Shown here piece by piece: positions 1 to 9,171 of a stretch of DNA of 64,000 nucleotides (positions within the stretch are counted from its first letter, which is position 1; the number at the start of each line of letters is the position of its first letter). The notes under the pieces were generated by a model, which had not been told where the DNA came from, ran no database searches, and was given only the letters and a program-made list of their open reading frames with translations. Source of the stretch: Cyanobium sp. (GTDB lineage Bacteria > Cyanobacteriota > Cyanobacteriia > PCC-6307 > Cyanobiaceae); NCBI GenBank assembly GCA_044356035.1, contig JBIKWZ010000006.1, forward strand, positions 4,031 to 68,030. The letters are read 5' to 3'. The translations under genes were made by a program, and so were the position numbers.

Positions 1-1525
1 GGGCGTTGCTGCGACCCGGGATACCCCACTGCAGCCGGTAAGTGGGCGAGAGGGTGTCCACATCGAAGGCCACCGAAGCGTTCTCGAAGCGTGGATCGGC
101 ATATTTGAGAGCTTTGAGCTCACCGAAGTGGGTAGTGGCGATCGTCAGCCGGGCCCGATCGGCCAGGTGCTTGAGCAGGGCCGTGGCCAGGGCCGAACCC
201 TCGAGAGGATCGGTGCCTGCCCCCACCTCATCGAGTAGCACCAGGGAGGCGCCGCCAGCAGCGGGAAGAGCTTCGAGGATGCGGGCGATGCGGCCGATGT
301 GGCCGCTGAAGGTGGAGAGGTTTTGTTGCAGCGATTGCTCATCGCCGATGTCGGCCAGCACCTGGCCGCACCAGGGCAGCCGCGGCGTGCCGCTGCAGGG
401 CAGGAACATGCCCGCCCGAGCCATAAGAGCCGCCAAGCCGACGCTTTTGAGGGTCACGGTTTTACCGCCGGTGTTGGGGCCCGTGATCGCCACCACCCGC
501 AGCTCCGCTGCCACCAGCAGGCTCACGGGCACCACCGCATGGCCACCCTGACGCCGCTGCTGCCAAAGCAGCAGGGGGTGGCGCAGCTCCCGCAGCTCGA
601 AGGGCGCGCTGGGGTCGTCTACCAGCTCCGGGCGTACCGCCCCCAACCATTGGCCGTAGCGCGCCCGGGCCACCCCCGCATCCAGGCGCACCAGCACCTG
701 CTGGAGTGCCGCCAAAGCTTCAGCCTCCTCGCCCACCTGGGCGCTCAAGGCCGTCAGCACGGCCCGCTCCAGTTCCCGCTCGCGCCCCTCCAGGCCCCGT
801 ATGCGATTGCCCAGGGCAATTACCGCCTGGGGTTCGACAAACACCGTTTGTCCAGAAGCCGAGCTGTCGTGCACCAGCCCCGGCAACTGAGCGGCAGCGC
901 CAGCCTTCACAGCCAGCACGGGACGGCCGTTGCGCTCCGAGATCACCGTGTCCTGGAGCATGACGCCGCAGCGACGCATCAGCTCCTGCAGTCGATCCCG
1001 CCGATCTGAGCGGGCCCCAAGCAGCTGGCGCCGCAATTCCTCCAGGGGCGGACTGGCCCGATCCGCCACCCGGCCGCCCTCTTCAAGGCAAAAATGCAGC
1101 CGCTGTTCCAGCTCCGGCAGGGTGCGCAGCTCGGCCACCAGGGCCGTACAGACGGGCCGCAGCTGGGGATCGTCGATCTGGCGCCGCAGCCGGCGGGCCG
1201 CAGCCAGGGTGGTAGCCAGAGCCAGCAACTCCTCGCCCGGAGCCATGCCGCCCTTAGCGCAGAGGGTCACCAGCGCCGCGATGTCGGCAACTCCCTGAAA
1301 ACTCAATCCCCCCTCCAGCAGCCCGTCGAGGCCGAGCAGCTCGGTGGTTTCAGCGAGCAGGCGGCGGCTGGCAGCGAGGCAAGCGGGCAGGGCCAGCTCC
1401 AGGCAGGCAAAGCGGCCAGGAGCTGTGCTGGCGAAGCTGGCCAGCTGCTCAGCGAGCCGCGGCCACTCGAGCAGCTCCAGGGCCTCCTGCTGAATTTGGG
1501 CCAATGGGACGGTGAGGTCGTTCAC
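1..1525 (-). CDS. mutS2: Endonuclease MutS2, N-terminal ~508 codons (gene continues past the left window edge)
   Basis: Hand translation of the minus strand from GTG at 1525 stays open to position 1: VNDLTVPLAQIQQEALELLEWPRLAEQLASF... Walker A ITGPNTGGKTVTLKSVGLAALMARAG is in frame with 1525, followed by LLDEVGAGTDPLEGSALA and IATTHFGELKALKY. Missing from the ORF track because it is open at the edge. GTGA overlap with the stop of the upstream VOC gene. Confidence 0.85.
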   Translation of the reverse strand, partial: MNDLTVPLAQIQQEALELLEWPRLAEQLASFASTAPGRFACLELALPACLAASRRLLAETTELLGLDGLLEGGLSFQGVADIAALVTLCAKGGMAPGEELLALATTLAAARRLRRQIDDPQLRPVCTALVAELRTLPELEQRLHFCLEEGGRVADRASPPLEELRRQLLGARSDRRDRLQELMRRCGVMLQDTVISERNGRPVLAVKAGAAAQLPGLVHDSSASGQTVFVEPQAVIALGNRIRGLEGRERELERAVLTALSAQVGEEAEALAALQQVLVRLDAGVARARYGQWLGAVRPELVDDPSAPFELRELRHPLLLWQQRRQGGHAVVPVSLLVAAELRVVAITGPNTGGKTVTLKSVGLAALMARAGMFLPCSGTPRLPWCGQVLADIGDEQSLQQNLSTFSGHIGRIARILEALPAAGGASLVLLDEVGAGTDPLEGSALATALLKHLADRARLTIATTHFGELKALKYADPRFENASVAFDVDTLSPTYRLQWGIPGRSNA

Positions 1526-1935
1526 CCGGGCAGGTTGGAGGGGATGCCGCCAGGGGGCTCGTAGAGCATCTCGAGCCAGTTGCCTTCAGGGTCTTGGAGA
1601 TAGAAGCTGGCAGTTCCGTCACGGTGGTCATGCACTGGGCCGCAGGAGCGGCCGGCCGCCACAAGCTGGGCGTGCACCGCGTCCACCTCTGAGCGATCGC
1701 GGAAATGGAAAGCAAAATGGGGCCCAGCAGCTTTGTAACTAGGGCTAAGCAGGGCCAAGCCCGTGCCGGCCCCAGGCCACTGCAAATAGGCCCAATCAGG
1801 GGCATCCCAGCAGAGCTGCAGACCCAGGGAGACATAGAAGGCCTTGGCCCGCTCCATGTCCTGCACCCGCAGTGCCACATGGCCAAGGTGATGAATAGCA
1901 GCAGGAGCCATGGCAACTGAACCGGGTGAGTTCAT
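1522..1935 (-). CDS. VOC (glyoxalase/bleomycin-resistance/dioxygenase) family protein
   Basis: Track ORF 137 aa: IHHLGHVALRVQDMERAKAFYVSLGL...FHFAFHF...ASFYLQDPEGNWLEMLY matches the paired beta-alpha-beta-beta-beta VOC pattern. An alternative ATG lies at 1911. Confidence 0.75.
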   Translation of the reverse strand: MNSPGSVAMAPAAIHHLGHVALRVQDMERAKAFYVSLGLQLCWDAPDWAYLQWPGAGTGLALLSPSYKAAGPHFAFHFRDRSEVDAVHAQLVAAGRSCGPVHDHRDGTASFYLQDPEGNWLEMLYEPPGGIPSNLPG

Positions 1936-2924
1936 TGTGGGTTACAGAACCAAATCTTGAGGATCTGATCGAGCTTCACCACCAACAGCAGCCAGGCGGT
2001 GCCAGCCAAGGTGAGGAGGGGATAGGCGAGCGTTGGGGCAGGAATTACGAAGGGAAGCAGGGCCAAACCGAAAGCCGGCGCACAACGAAGGCGAGCCAAC
2101 CTGAGCAGCAGCGCAGTAACCAAAACAGCCAAAAATGCGGCCAGGGGACTCACTCCCAAAGCCAGCACTAACGCAATTCCAGCCACCGCCGCTCCAGCAG
2201 TAACCGCCAGCACGACTAAGGAGCGGCCTTGCCAGGGACATTCATCAGCATGAGCCAACATCTCCCAAGCAATCACCAGCAAAGGGGGATACAAAACCAA
2301 GTGGGATCCCAGCAGCTGAACCATTACCAGAGCTCCCAGCAAGAAAACAGCCAAAGGCAGCAACCAGGGAACCCTTTCCAACCAGGACTTGGGGGCAACC
2401 AAACTTGAGATAGTTGGCACCAATGGGGAAACTTGAGCCTGAGCCGGCGGCGGCATCAAGTGAGAGCGAAGCATGACGATTAGAGCCAACCCACCTGTGC
2501 CCACCAAAATCGCCACCGGGTATAAAAAACTCGTAATTCCCAGTACCAAGGGCAATACCCCGGCTGAAATTGCGGGAATAACCGGCGAGCGTAGAAGCCG
2601 GATCACAAGCAAACAGATCGCGAGATCCAATATCAGTGCGGTGGGGCCATAGGGCAGGGTGCGGGTGAGCAGCACTCCAGGCACAGCAGTAAACACCGGT
2701 GTCAGAGCCAGAAGCTTGGGGGAGCGGGCCCAGCTGCTGAGTGGATCGGCAAGCACAACAGAGGCGAGCGCCCCCAGCTCAGGAAACAACAGATAACTGA
2801 TGCCACTTGCCCTAGCCAGTGCAGTCATCAAAGCGATGTAAGCAGCTGTAGCCAGAAAAGGCCAAATCCAAAAATATCGGGAATTAATAGAATTACCCCT
2901 GCCGCAGCCACTGCGCCGCATCAC
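1932..2924 (-). CDS. Polytopic integral membrane protein with an internal duplication, HPP-family-like
   Basis: 330-aa hydrophobic ORF. LLFPELGALASVVLADP in the first half is echoed by LVLYPPLLVIAWEMLAHAD in the second. The HPP assignment is from memory only. The annotated start overlaps the hemB 3' end by 32 nt, so the true start may lie further in. Confidence 0.55.
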   Translation of the reverse strand: MMRRSGCGRGNSINSRYFWIWPFLATAAYIALMTALARASGISYLLFPELGALASVVLADPLSSWARSPKLLALTPVFTAVPGVLLTRTLPYGPTALILDLAICLLVIRLLRSPVIPAISAGVLPLVLGITSFLYPVAILVGTGGLALIVMLRSHLMPPPAQAQVSPLVPTISSLVAPKSWLERVPWLLPLAVFLLGALVMVQLLGSHLVLYPPLLVIAWEMLAHADECPWQGRSLVVLAVTAGAAVAGIALVLALGVSPLAAFLAVLVTALLLRLARLRCAPAFGLALLPFVIPAPTLAYPLLTLAGTAWLLLVVKLDQILKIWFCNPQ

Positions 2925-3894
2925 AGGCGTGATAGGTGAGGATCAAATTAGCCCCAGCCCGCTTAAAGCAAAGCAGGGTTTCCAGCACCACGGCCCGCTC
3001 ATCAATCCAGCCTTTTTCAGCGGCGGCTTTCACCATGGCGTATTCTCCACTTACGTTGTAAGCCGCAATTGGCAGCTCGGTTTCACCACGCAGACGGTAA
3101 ATTATGTCTAGGTAGGCAAGGCCAGGCTTAACCATCAAAATATCGGCTCCCTCCTGTTCATCGAGCAGGGCTTCGGTGAGCGCTTCACGTCCATTGGACG
3201 GATCCATTTGATAGGTTGATTTATCATTTGGGATTGGCTTGCCCGCGCTAATCCGAGGGGCCGAATCAAGGGCTTCGCGGAAGGGGCCGTAATAAGCAGA
3301 AGAGTATTTAGCTGTATAGCTAATAATGCCGATATGCTCAAATCCCTCCTCATCGAGGGCTTCGCGGATAGCCCCAACTCGTCCATCCATCATGTCGCTG
3401 GGGCCAATCAGATCCGCCCCGGCCCGAGCTTGGGCCACTGCTTGGCGGCAGAGGATCGCCACAGTTTCATCGTTCAGCACCACCCCTTCTTCGCTAACGA
3501 TGCCGTCATGGCCGTCGCAGGAGTAGGGATCGAGGGCCACATCCGTCATGATCGCCATGCCTGGGTGCACCTCCTTGAGCCGGCGAATTGCTCTGGGTAT
3601 CAGGCCACCTTCGTTGAAGCATTCGGCGCCGTCTTCGGTTTTAAGGCCATCGGCCACCTTGGGAAACAGCACAACGCAGCGGATGCCCAAGTCCCAAGCG
3701 CGGCCCACCTCCTGCACCAAGCCTTCGAGGCTCCAGCGCATAGCTCCTGGCATGGCACCAATGGGCTCATTGGTGGCGCCTTCGTGCACGAAGAGCGGAT
3801 AAATAAAGTCGGCAGCGCTTAGGTGATGCTCCCGCACCAGCGCCCGCAAAGCCGGGGTGCGGCGCAATCGGCGGGGACGGTAGGTGAGCTCCAT
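2893..3894 (-). CDS. hemB: Porphobilinogen synthase (delta-aminolevulinate dehydratase)
   Basis: MELTYRPRRLRRTPALRALVREHHLSAADFIYPLFVHEG..., active-site region SYTAKYSSAYYGPFREA, and MVKPGLAYLDI. The track ORF (to 3975) is trimmed to the ATG at 3894, which begins the conserved N-terminus. Confidence 0.93.
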   Translation of the reverse strand: MELTYRPRRLRRTPALRALVREHHLSAADFIYPLFVHEGATNEPIGAMPGAMRWSLEGLVQEVGRAWDLGIRCVVLFPKVADGLKTEDGAECFNEGGLIPRAIRRLKEVHPGMAIMTDVALDPYSCDGHDGIVSEEGVVLNDETVAILCRQAVAQARAGADLIGPSDMMDGRVGAIREALDEEGFEHIGIISYTAKYSSAYYGPFREALDSAPRISAGKPIPNDKSTYQMDPSNGREALTEALLDEQEGADILMVKPGLAYLDIIYRLRGETELPIAAYNVSGEYAMVKAAAEKGWIDERAVVLETLLCFKRAGANLILTYHACDAAQWLRQG

Positions 3895-3919
3895 GAAAAC
3901 GGCCTGGCTGACGCGGATC

Positions 3920-4888
3920 CTAGAGACGGGCCGCCTGAATCCAGCCAGAGCGGGGATCGGCGCTGCGGGCGGCACGCAACTGCTCCAGCAGCTGGCGCTC
4001 CTCGGCGCTGAGCTGGTCGGGCAACTTGAGCACCGGCGTAAGCAGCAGGTCGCCGCGGCCGTCCTTGAGGGGCCAGCCCTTGCCCTTGAGCCGCAGGCTG
4101 CGGCCCAGGGTCATGCCAGGGGGTACTTGCACGGAGGCCTCACCGTCGGGGGTCGCCACCCGCACCTCACCGCCGAGGGCCAATTCATCGAGGCTGAGGG
4201 GCAGCTCGGCTCGCAGCTGGTCGCCATCGAGCTTCCACACCGAATGCTCCTGCAGCTGCAGGTTGAGGTAGAGGTCGCCGCGGCGGCCGGTGCCTGGCTG
4301 CAGGTTGCCCTTGCCCTTGAGCCGCAGTCGGCTGCCGTGCTTCACACCGGGCGGGATGCGAACCTGCACCCGCTCGTCGTTGACGGCCAAGGTCCGCTCG
4401 GAGCCGCGGAAAGCATCGGCAAAGGAGAGGCTGATGCTGGCTTCGGCATCGAGATTGATCGGGGCGCCGCGGCCGCCGCCGGGCATGCCCCCAGCAAAGC
4501 CACCAGGAAAGCCTGAACTGAAACCAAAACCTCCCGGGGCGGCGCCGGGGGAAGGGCCGCCAAAACGACCCAGCAGATCGTTGATGAAGTCGTCGAAGTT
4601 GCCGTAGCGGCCAAAATCAACGTCAACGCCGCCACTGGCCGAGCCACCGCCCGCCTGGCTCCAGTACTGGCCAAATTGCTCGTAGCGCCGGCGCTTATCT
4701 GGATCGGAGAGCACTTCATAGGCCTCGCTCACCTCCTTGAACTTGGCCTCAGCCCCCGCATCATTGGGGTTCACGTCCGGGTGGTACTGGCGGGCCAACT
4801 TGCGAAAGGCGCGCTTGATGGCATCGGCATCAGCGCCACGCTCCACCCCAAGCACACTGAAATAATCGCGGTAGCCGTTCGCGCTCAT
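3920..4888 (-). CDS. DnaJ-class co-chaperone (J domain plus CbpA/DnaJ C-terminal domains, no zinc-finger module)
   Basis: J domain YRDYFSVLGVERGADADAIKRAFRKLARQYHPDVNP (HPD motif) starts at the ATG at 4888, followed by a Gly-rich linker and C-terminal beta domains. The track ORF 3920..5449 is over-extended by 187 codons and runs antisense through the next gene. Confidence 0.85.
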   Translation of the reverse strand: MSANGYRDYFSVLGVERGADADAIKRAFRKLARQYHPDVNPNDAGAEAKFKEVSEAYEVLSDPDKRRRYEQFGQYWSQAGGGSASGGVDVDFGRYGNFDDFINDLLGRFGGPSPGAAPGGFGFSSGFPGGFAGGMPGGGRGAPINLDAEASISLSFADAFRGSERTLAVNDERVQVRIPPGVKHGSRLRLKGKGNLQPGTGRRGDLYLNLQLQEHSVWKLDGDQLRAELPLSLDELALGGEVRVATPDGEASVQVPPGMTLGRSLRLKGKGWPLKDGRGDLLLTPVLKLPDQLSAEERQLLEQLRAARSADPRSGWIQAARL

Positions 4889-5059
4889 CGACCCCAAAAC
4901 CACCGCACCTGTTAAGTGTCTCAGCCGCTGGGAACTTCCGCTGGGCCAAGGAAGGGCGGAAGGCCGAACGCGGCGGCGCGGCGATCGGCTGTGTTTTGCC
5001 CACACAGTCAGGCAAAAGCAAGCAACGGAACTATTTTTGGTTGTTGCTTTTGGAAGCTG

Positions 5060-5512
5060 ATGCCCCGGTTTGGCTCCCTGCGCTCCGGCCTGCTGATTGC
5101 CCTGAGCACGGTGCTCCTTGGCTTTACGGCCACTGCCAGCGCCGGTAGCGGGGTCAACTCTTCCAGCAGCTCCACCACTGCCACCTTGGGGGAGGCCCTT
5201 GCTGCTTCGACCCCGGAGCAAAAAGCGCTCAGCGCCCACTTGCGCGCCAAGGGAGCTGTTTTTTATGGCGCCTGGTGGTGCCCGGCCTGCTTCCAGCAAA
5301 AAAACCTGTTTGGCAAGGAAGGCGGCAATTCCCTCCCCTACTTGGAGTGCGACAAAACTGACGCTGGCCGCAGCCGCTGCATGGCCGCCCAGATACGGGC
5401 TTTCCCCACCTGGGACCTGGCTGGCAAAGAGCGCCGCGAAGGGGTACAAACAATTGAAGAACTGAAAGTGTGGAGCGGCTTTAGCGGAGCTGCACAGTCA
5501 AGTCAGCCTTGA
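5060..5512 (+). CDS. Signal-anchored thioredoxin-fold protein (WCPAC active site), VKOR-partner type
   Basis: Hydrophobic N-terminus MPRFGSLRSGLLIALSTVLLGFTATASA, then FYGAWWCPACFQQKNLFGKEG...YLECD...AFPTW. This resembles the Trx-like domain fused to cyanobacterial VKOR homologues (from memory). Start set at the ATG at 5060. Confidence 0.7.
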   Translation: MPRFGSLRSGLLIALSTVLLGFTATASAGSGVNSSSSSTTATLGEALAASTPEQKALSAHLRAKGAVFYGAWWCPACFQQKNLFGKEGGNSLPYLECDKTDAGRSRCMAAQIRAFPTWDLAGKERREGVQTIEELKVWSGFSGAAQSSQP

Positions 5513-5530
5513 TCCCCCTCGGCGCTCGAT

Positions 5531-5830
5531 ATGACTACGAATCTGCTGAAAACCGCCCTGATTGCGGCCGTCCTGTTGCCAGCCGGCAATGCTTTAGCGC
5601 AAGGATTGGCGCCCATGGTGGGAGCCAGCGCTATTCAAGGCACCCTGCAGGCGGCAGCTGGTTCAGGCTCCAGCCCAGGCCCTTCCTCCGCTCCGCTTGC
5701 TGGCAGCTCAGCTCAAAACATGGCTAGCGGTGCGCCCAGCGGCGCTTTTGTAAACGACCAGGCGATTCCGTTGTGCTCCCATGGAGGCCTCTGCCAAGGC
5801 GCCCTGATGCGGGCAATCGGACGGCCCTGA
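5531..5830 (+). CDS. Small secreted Ala/Gly/Ser-rich hypothetical protein
   Basis: ATG start, signal-like MTTNLLKTALIAAVLLPAGNALAQG, GC3-rich codons. No recognisable domain. Confidence 0.4.
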   Translation: MTTNLLKTALIAAVLLPAGNALAQGLAPMVGASAIQGTLQAAAGSGSSPGPSSAPLAGSSAQNMASGAPSGAFVNDQAIPLCSHGGLCQGALMRAIGRP

Positions 5831-5883
5831 AGCAGCAGCCGTGCAATCCCCGCGACCCCTTGTGGATCTCTGAAGCGCAAGGC

Positions 5884-6168
5884 TCAGAACAATCCTGGGG
5901 TTCGTAATTGCGAATTAGGGGCGGGGCGCTCGGGCGGCGCAGTGAATCTGAGCCGCTGCTGATCCCAGGCTGCCAACAGCGCAGCCAAAACCAGCAGCAC
6001 AAGCAGGCCAATGCCCAAAGACAGACCTGGGCGCCTCGATCGGGAGCGCCGCTGACGACGGGGCGCCTGGGCTGCCCCCAGCGGCCTGGCGCAATGGCCA
6101 CACACCAGGCGTCCAGCCAGGCTGCGATCCGCCTTAACCGACCAGCTGCCGCAGTTGGTACAGGCCAT
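5884..6168 (-). CDS. Zinc-ribbon (CxxC...CxxC) protein with a C-terminal TM anchor, hypothetical
   Basis: MACTNCGSWSV...LVCGHCARPL, then an Arg-rich linker and the TM segment GLSLGIGLLVLLVLAALLAAW. Confidence 0.45.
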   Translation of the reverse strand: MACTNCGSWSVKADRSLAGRLVCGHCARPLGAAQAPRRQRRSRSRRPGLSLGIGLLVLLVLAALLAAWDQQRLRFTAPPERPAPNSQLRTPGLF

Positions 6169-6471
6169 CGCTCAGAGAGCCATCAGAGGGTGCCAGCCTC
6201 CAGGCAACCACAGGGCCAGGCGCGAGAGGGCCCATGGCGCCCAAGATGGCGATGGTGCAGGCCCTGCTGGATGCTCTCACCCCAACCCTCCTGGCGCCAG
6301 GGCCCAGCTGTTGCCGCCGATTTCCCTCGATGTGACCCAAGCCGGGTAGTGGCCACACCAGGGCTTCGACGCCGTGTTCACGGCCAACACCTGCGACATC
6401 ATGCCGGCTATGGCCCTGCCCCAACCAGGCCAAAGAGGCAAGAAAAGGTGTTACCAGACCTCCATTGGAAA

Positions 6472-6487
6472 TGGTAACAAGTTACCA
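6472..6487. promoter_or_regulatory. Perfect 16-nt palindrome TGGTAAC-AA-GTTACCA upstream of the barrel-protein gene (candidate operator)
   Basis: Read directly at 6472-6487. A further GTTACC copy lies about 25 nt upstream. It sits about 110 nt upstream of the ATG at 6596. Confidence 0.25.
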
Positions 6488-6595
6488 ATGCAAAGAGCAC
6501 ATAAACCTGACCGACACGGAATGTATCTTAAATTACAAGGCCCCTCCGGTTTATGGTTTTAGTTTGTGATAATTCTCTGTAGCAGTTATTTCATA

Positions 6596-7429
6596 ATGAA
6601 AAAAGTCACCCAATCGGCCCTTCGCCTCTCGGGGGCCGTGGTCCTTTCGGCTTCGGTCAACCCTCTGCTAATTGCCAGCGCAGAGGAGATCAATGATGAG
6701 CCTGCTGCTGCAGCTTCGTCAATAACTTCTTCAATGCCTAATTCCAAAACTGGCTGGTACGTAACTGTTGGAGCCGGAAATTCCTGGGAGTCCGCAATTA
6801 ATTATAGCCGCAAATCTAGTGTATTTTCGCCAAGACTAGGCGAAGAGATTCAGCAGGAGCGCTATGGAGACGTTGAGAAGGGTGATGGCGCTGCCGCAGA
6901 AGCTGGAGTTGGCTTCGACTTTGGCAATAGACTACGCGGAGAATTAACATATTTGTTTAACACCAGCACGCTCGGCTCAAAACAGTATTCCGGCAGTATT
7001 TCGTTCGCCGGTGGCAGCGATACCTTCAGCGGGCAGGCCGATGTATCAGGCAGAGTAAACAGAAACAGTGTCTTGGCAAGTCTTTACTATGATATCCCTA
7101 CTAAGTCTCGATGGGTCCCTTACTTTGGAGGGGGGCTAGGCTACACAAACGTAAGTGCATCGGAACGGGTTTTTAACTATAATGTTGCTTTGGGTTCCGG
7201 CGGCAATGCAATTGGAATCTCAAAGGTGCCCGGCGGAAGCGGCAGTGCATTGGGTTATCAGGCCAAGATTGGCCTTTCTTATCTTGCTTCGCAGAGCACA
7301 GATTTGTTTTTCGAGGGTAATTACTTTGGCAATACCTCAGTCGACGTAGGCAATGGCAGCAAGTTTGGCAGCTTCAACGGCATTGGCGTCAAAGCTGGTT
7401 TCCGCTATAGGTTTGGAAGTAGTTTTTAA
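6596..7429 (+). CDS. Outer-membrane beta-barrel protein (OmpA-N / opacity-porin-like)
   Basis: Signal peptide MKKVTQSALRLSGAVVLSASVNPLLIASA, alternating hydrophobic beta-strand pattern (GWYVTVGAG, GVGFDFG, RGELTYLF, YFGGGLGY), and a terminal aromatic ...RFGSSF. Start set at the ATG at 6596. Confidence 0.7.
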   Translation: MKKVTQSALRLSGAVVLSASVNPLLIASAEEINDEPAAAASSITSSMPNSKTGWYVTVGAGNSWESAINYSRKSSVFSPRLGEEIQQERYGDVEKGDGAAAEAGVGFDFGNRLRGELTYLFNTSTLGSKQYSGSISFAGGSDTFSGQADVSGRVNRNSVLASLYYDIPTKSRWVPYFGGGLGYTNVSASERVFNYNVALGSGGNAIGISKVPGGSGSALGYQAKIGLSYLASQSTDLFFEGNYFGNTSVDVGNGSKFGSFNGIGVKAGFRYRFGSSF

Positions 7430-7471
7430 GTTGACAAAAGAATCAAAGCCTCGACGATTACTGTGGTCAAG

Positions 7472-7526
7472 CTTGGGGCCAAAGCAGCAGGCTATTTGAA
7501 TTCAAAAGCCCCAAGCAATTCTTTTT
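7472..7526 (+). terminator. Possible intrinsic terminator after the barrel-protein gene
   Basis: CTTGGGGC (7472-7479) pairs with GCCCCAAG (7508-7515), followed by a T-run. The 28-nt loop is long for a terminator. Confidence 0.3.
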
Positions 7527-8392
7527 GTCACTGGTGTCCAAACTGGCGACTGCGAGATAATTTTTATCGCTTCTAAATGGGGCCTACCTAGGAAGTGAAC
7601 ACGGCGTCAGCCTCAACAATAAGCCGGCTTGATTGAGCCTGCAGTACTCCCATCACACCTTGACTATCTGAGGTTTCAGCGGCCCATTACAAATACTCCG
7701 ACCGCTAACATCGACAAGGGAAAGGCGTAGTAAGGCCATAAAAAGGGCAAAAAGAAGCTCAAGCAACCTCTGGATATTCATCAGCAGCCAGGGTTGATTC
7801 AAGGTCTCAGCATGGGTTTGATTGTGGCTGTCGCGGCGCTATCGTCAGCGGCGCCGTGAGGCAATGCAGCAACGCAGCCCACACCTCAAGGGAAGTATAG
7901 TAGCGAAGCAAGGCGCCCTAATATAAATAAATTTATATTGACAAGATATCTCGGGGAAGAACCGTGTCCGACGAGACTATTTGGCTTCCATGTTAGGAGG
8001 AGAGGGATGGTATAGATTCTCGCAATTAGATAAAATGAGAGATTTATGCAGCCGACAACCCTGAGAAGGCTAAAAAATATATGAGATTTATCGCTAGAGC
8101 AATATGCACGAAGACTTCCAGCACAACGGGCACTCAAAGGAGGGCCAAACTGCTGGCCGGTCCCGCCCGGACGCTGCAGCCCCCTGCACATGGGGCGATG
8201 CCCGCCAAAAACGGAACCTGATCTTCCAGATTGAGGAACTCCCCTGCGAGGCAGCAAATTGCCGCATGCGCCGGCGATCAAAACAGGTCTCAATTGAAGC
8301 CTTGCTAGCCTTCGAATCTCAATAACTACCTTAATAACTTCCTTGATTCTATTAGGCCAGCAAAGACATTCTATTGTTTTAATTAAATCACC

Positions 8393-8755
8393 ATGAGCCA
8401 ACTATCTCCAGCCATTGAAATCCTTGGCTATATAGCTGCTTCTTTAACCACGCTGAGCTTTATTCCCCAGGCCATGAGAACCCTCAGCAGCGGAGACACC
8501 CGGGGCATCTCCCTCAGCATGTATGCCCTTTTTACCAGTGGAATTGCCCTCTGGCTTGTCTATGGCATCTTCGCACGCAACGGCCCCCTAATCATTGCCA
8601 ATGCCATCACCGTTGTGCTCTCGGGCCTGATTCTGCAGCGCAAGCTGGAGGATCATTTAACAGAAAAGAGCAATTACAAAAAAACAGGCCCTGGCAGATC
8701 TACGGCAAAACGTCGAATCATCAGATCCGGAAAGCAACGCAACCAAGATCCCTAG
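8393..8755 (+). CDS. SemiSWEET / PQ-loop (MtN3-like) three-TM transporter
   Basis: IEILGYIAASLTTLSFIPQAMRTLSSGDTRGISLSMYALFTSGIALWLVYG has the PQ motif and triple-helix-bundle layout, followed by a basic C-terminal tail. Confidence 0.7.
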   Translation: MSQLSPAIEILGYIAASLTTLSFIPQAMRTLSSGDTRGISLSMYALFTSGIALWLVYGIFARNGPLIIANAITVVLSGLILQRKLEDHLTEKSNYKKTGPGRSTAKRRIIRSGKQRNQDP

Positions 8756-9171
8756 CTGATCAAATAATCAGGAATAATATTGAACAGGACAGCCAGGGCC
8801 AATGCAGCAAAGCAATTCTGCAGGCCCTGCAATCCAGCGAATAGATGGCCCATATCGCTTCCACTCGACTTAGTAATCCGGTAGAGATTCACGCTGCTTG
8901 AGTAGAGCGCGTAACAGGAATACATTGATGCCACAAAAGAAAGTGCAATAAACATCACCTGCTGCCAGTTAGCGGACATTACGCCAGCCAAAGATCCCCC
9001 CGCCTTGACAAGAACCAGCACGGCGATGGCTATGGCAGCAATTCTCTGTTTGGCCACAAGCTGCCTGAACTCGGCGTCTTGTTTAGGGGTGAATTCAAAT
9101 TGAAATTTGGCCACAAAGGAGGATGTCTGACTTGCCTGGATTCTAAACCAAAGAGATTTAGGGCCCTGCAT
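8752..9171 (-). CDS. Hypothetical membrane protein
   Basis: 139-aa ORF with ATG start and 3 predicted TM segments. Convergent with, and overlapping by 4 nt, the SemiSWEET gene. No recognisable family. Confidence 0.45.
   Translation of the reverse strand: MQGPKSLWFRIQASQTSSFVAKFQFEFTPKQDAEFRQLVAKQRIAAIAIAVLVLVKAGGSLAGVMSANWQQVMFIALSFVASMYSCYALYSSSVNLYRITKSSGSDMGHLFAGLQGLQNCFAALALAVLFNIIPDYLIS

Noticed and set aside
4889-5449. N-terminal 187 codons of the track ORF 3920..5449
   Set aside because: The J domain begins at the ATG at 4888. The extension is low-complexity and runs antisense through the thioredoxin-like gene (5060..5512), which has a genuine CxxC fold signature.
8192-8240. Fluoride (crcB) riboswitch-like string GGGGCGAUGCCCGCCAAAAACGGAACCUGAUCUUCC
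   Set aside because: It shares GGCGAUG...CCGCC...AAAC with the crcB motif as I recall it. However, the P1 loop is only about 5 nt, too short to supply the pseudoknot strand, and the 3' CUGAUGAU...CCUAC element is missing. The downstream SemiSWEET gene is also not a fluoride-related gene.
7886-8401. 171-aa minus-strand ORF in the AT-rich spacer
   Set aside because: It overlaps the SemiSWEET start and has erratic composition with no signal or domain. It spans both AT-rich and GC-rich sub-segments, so it is likely fortuitous.
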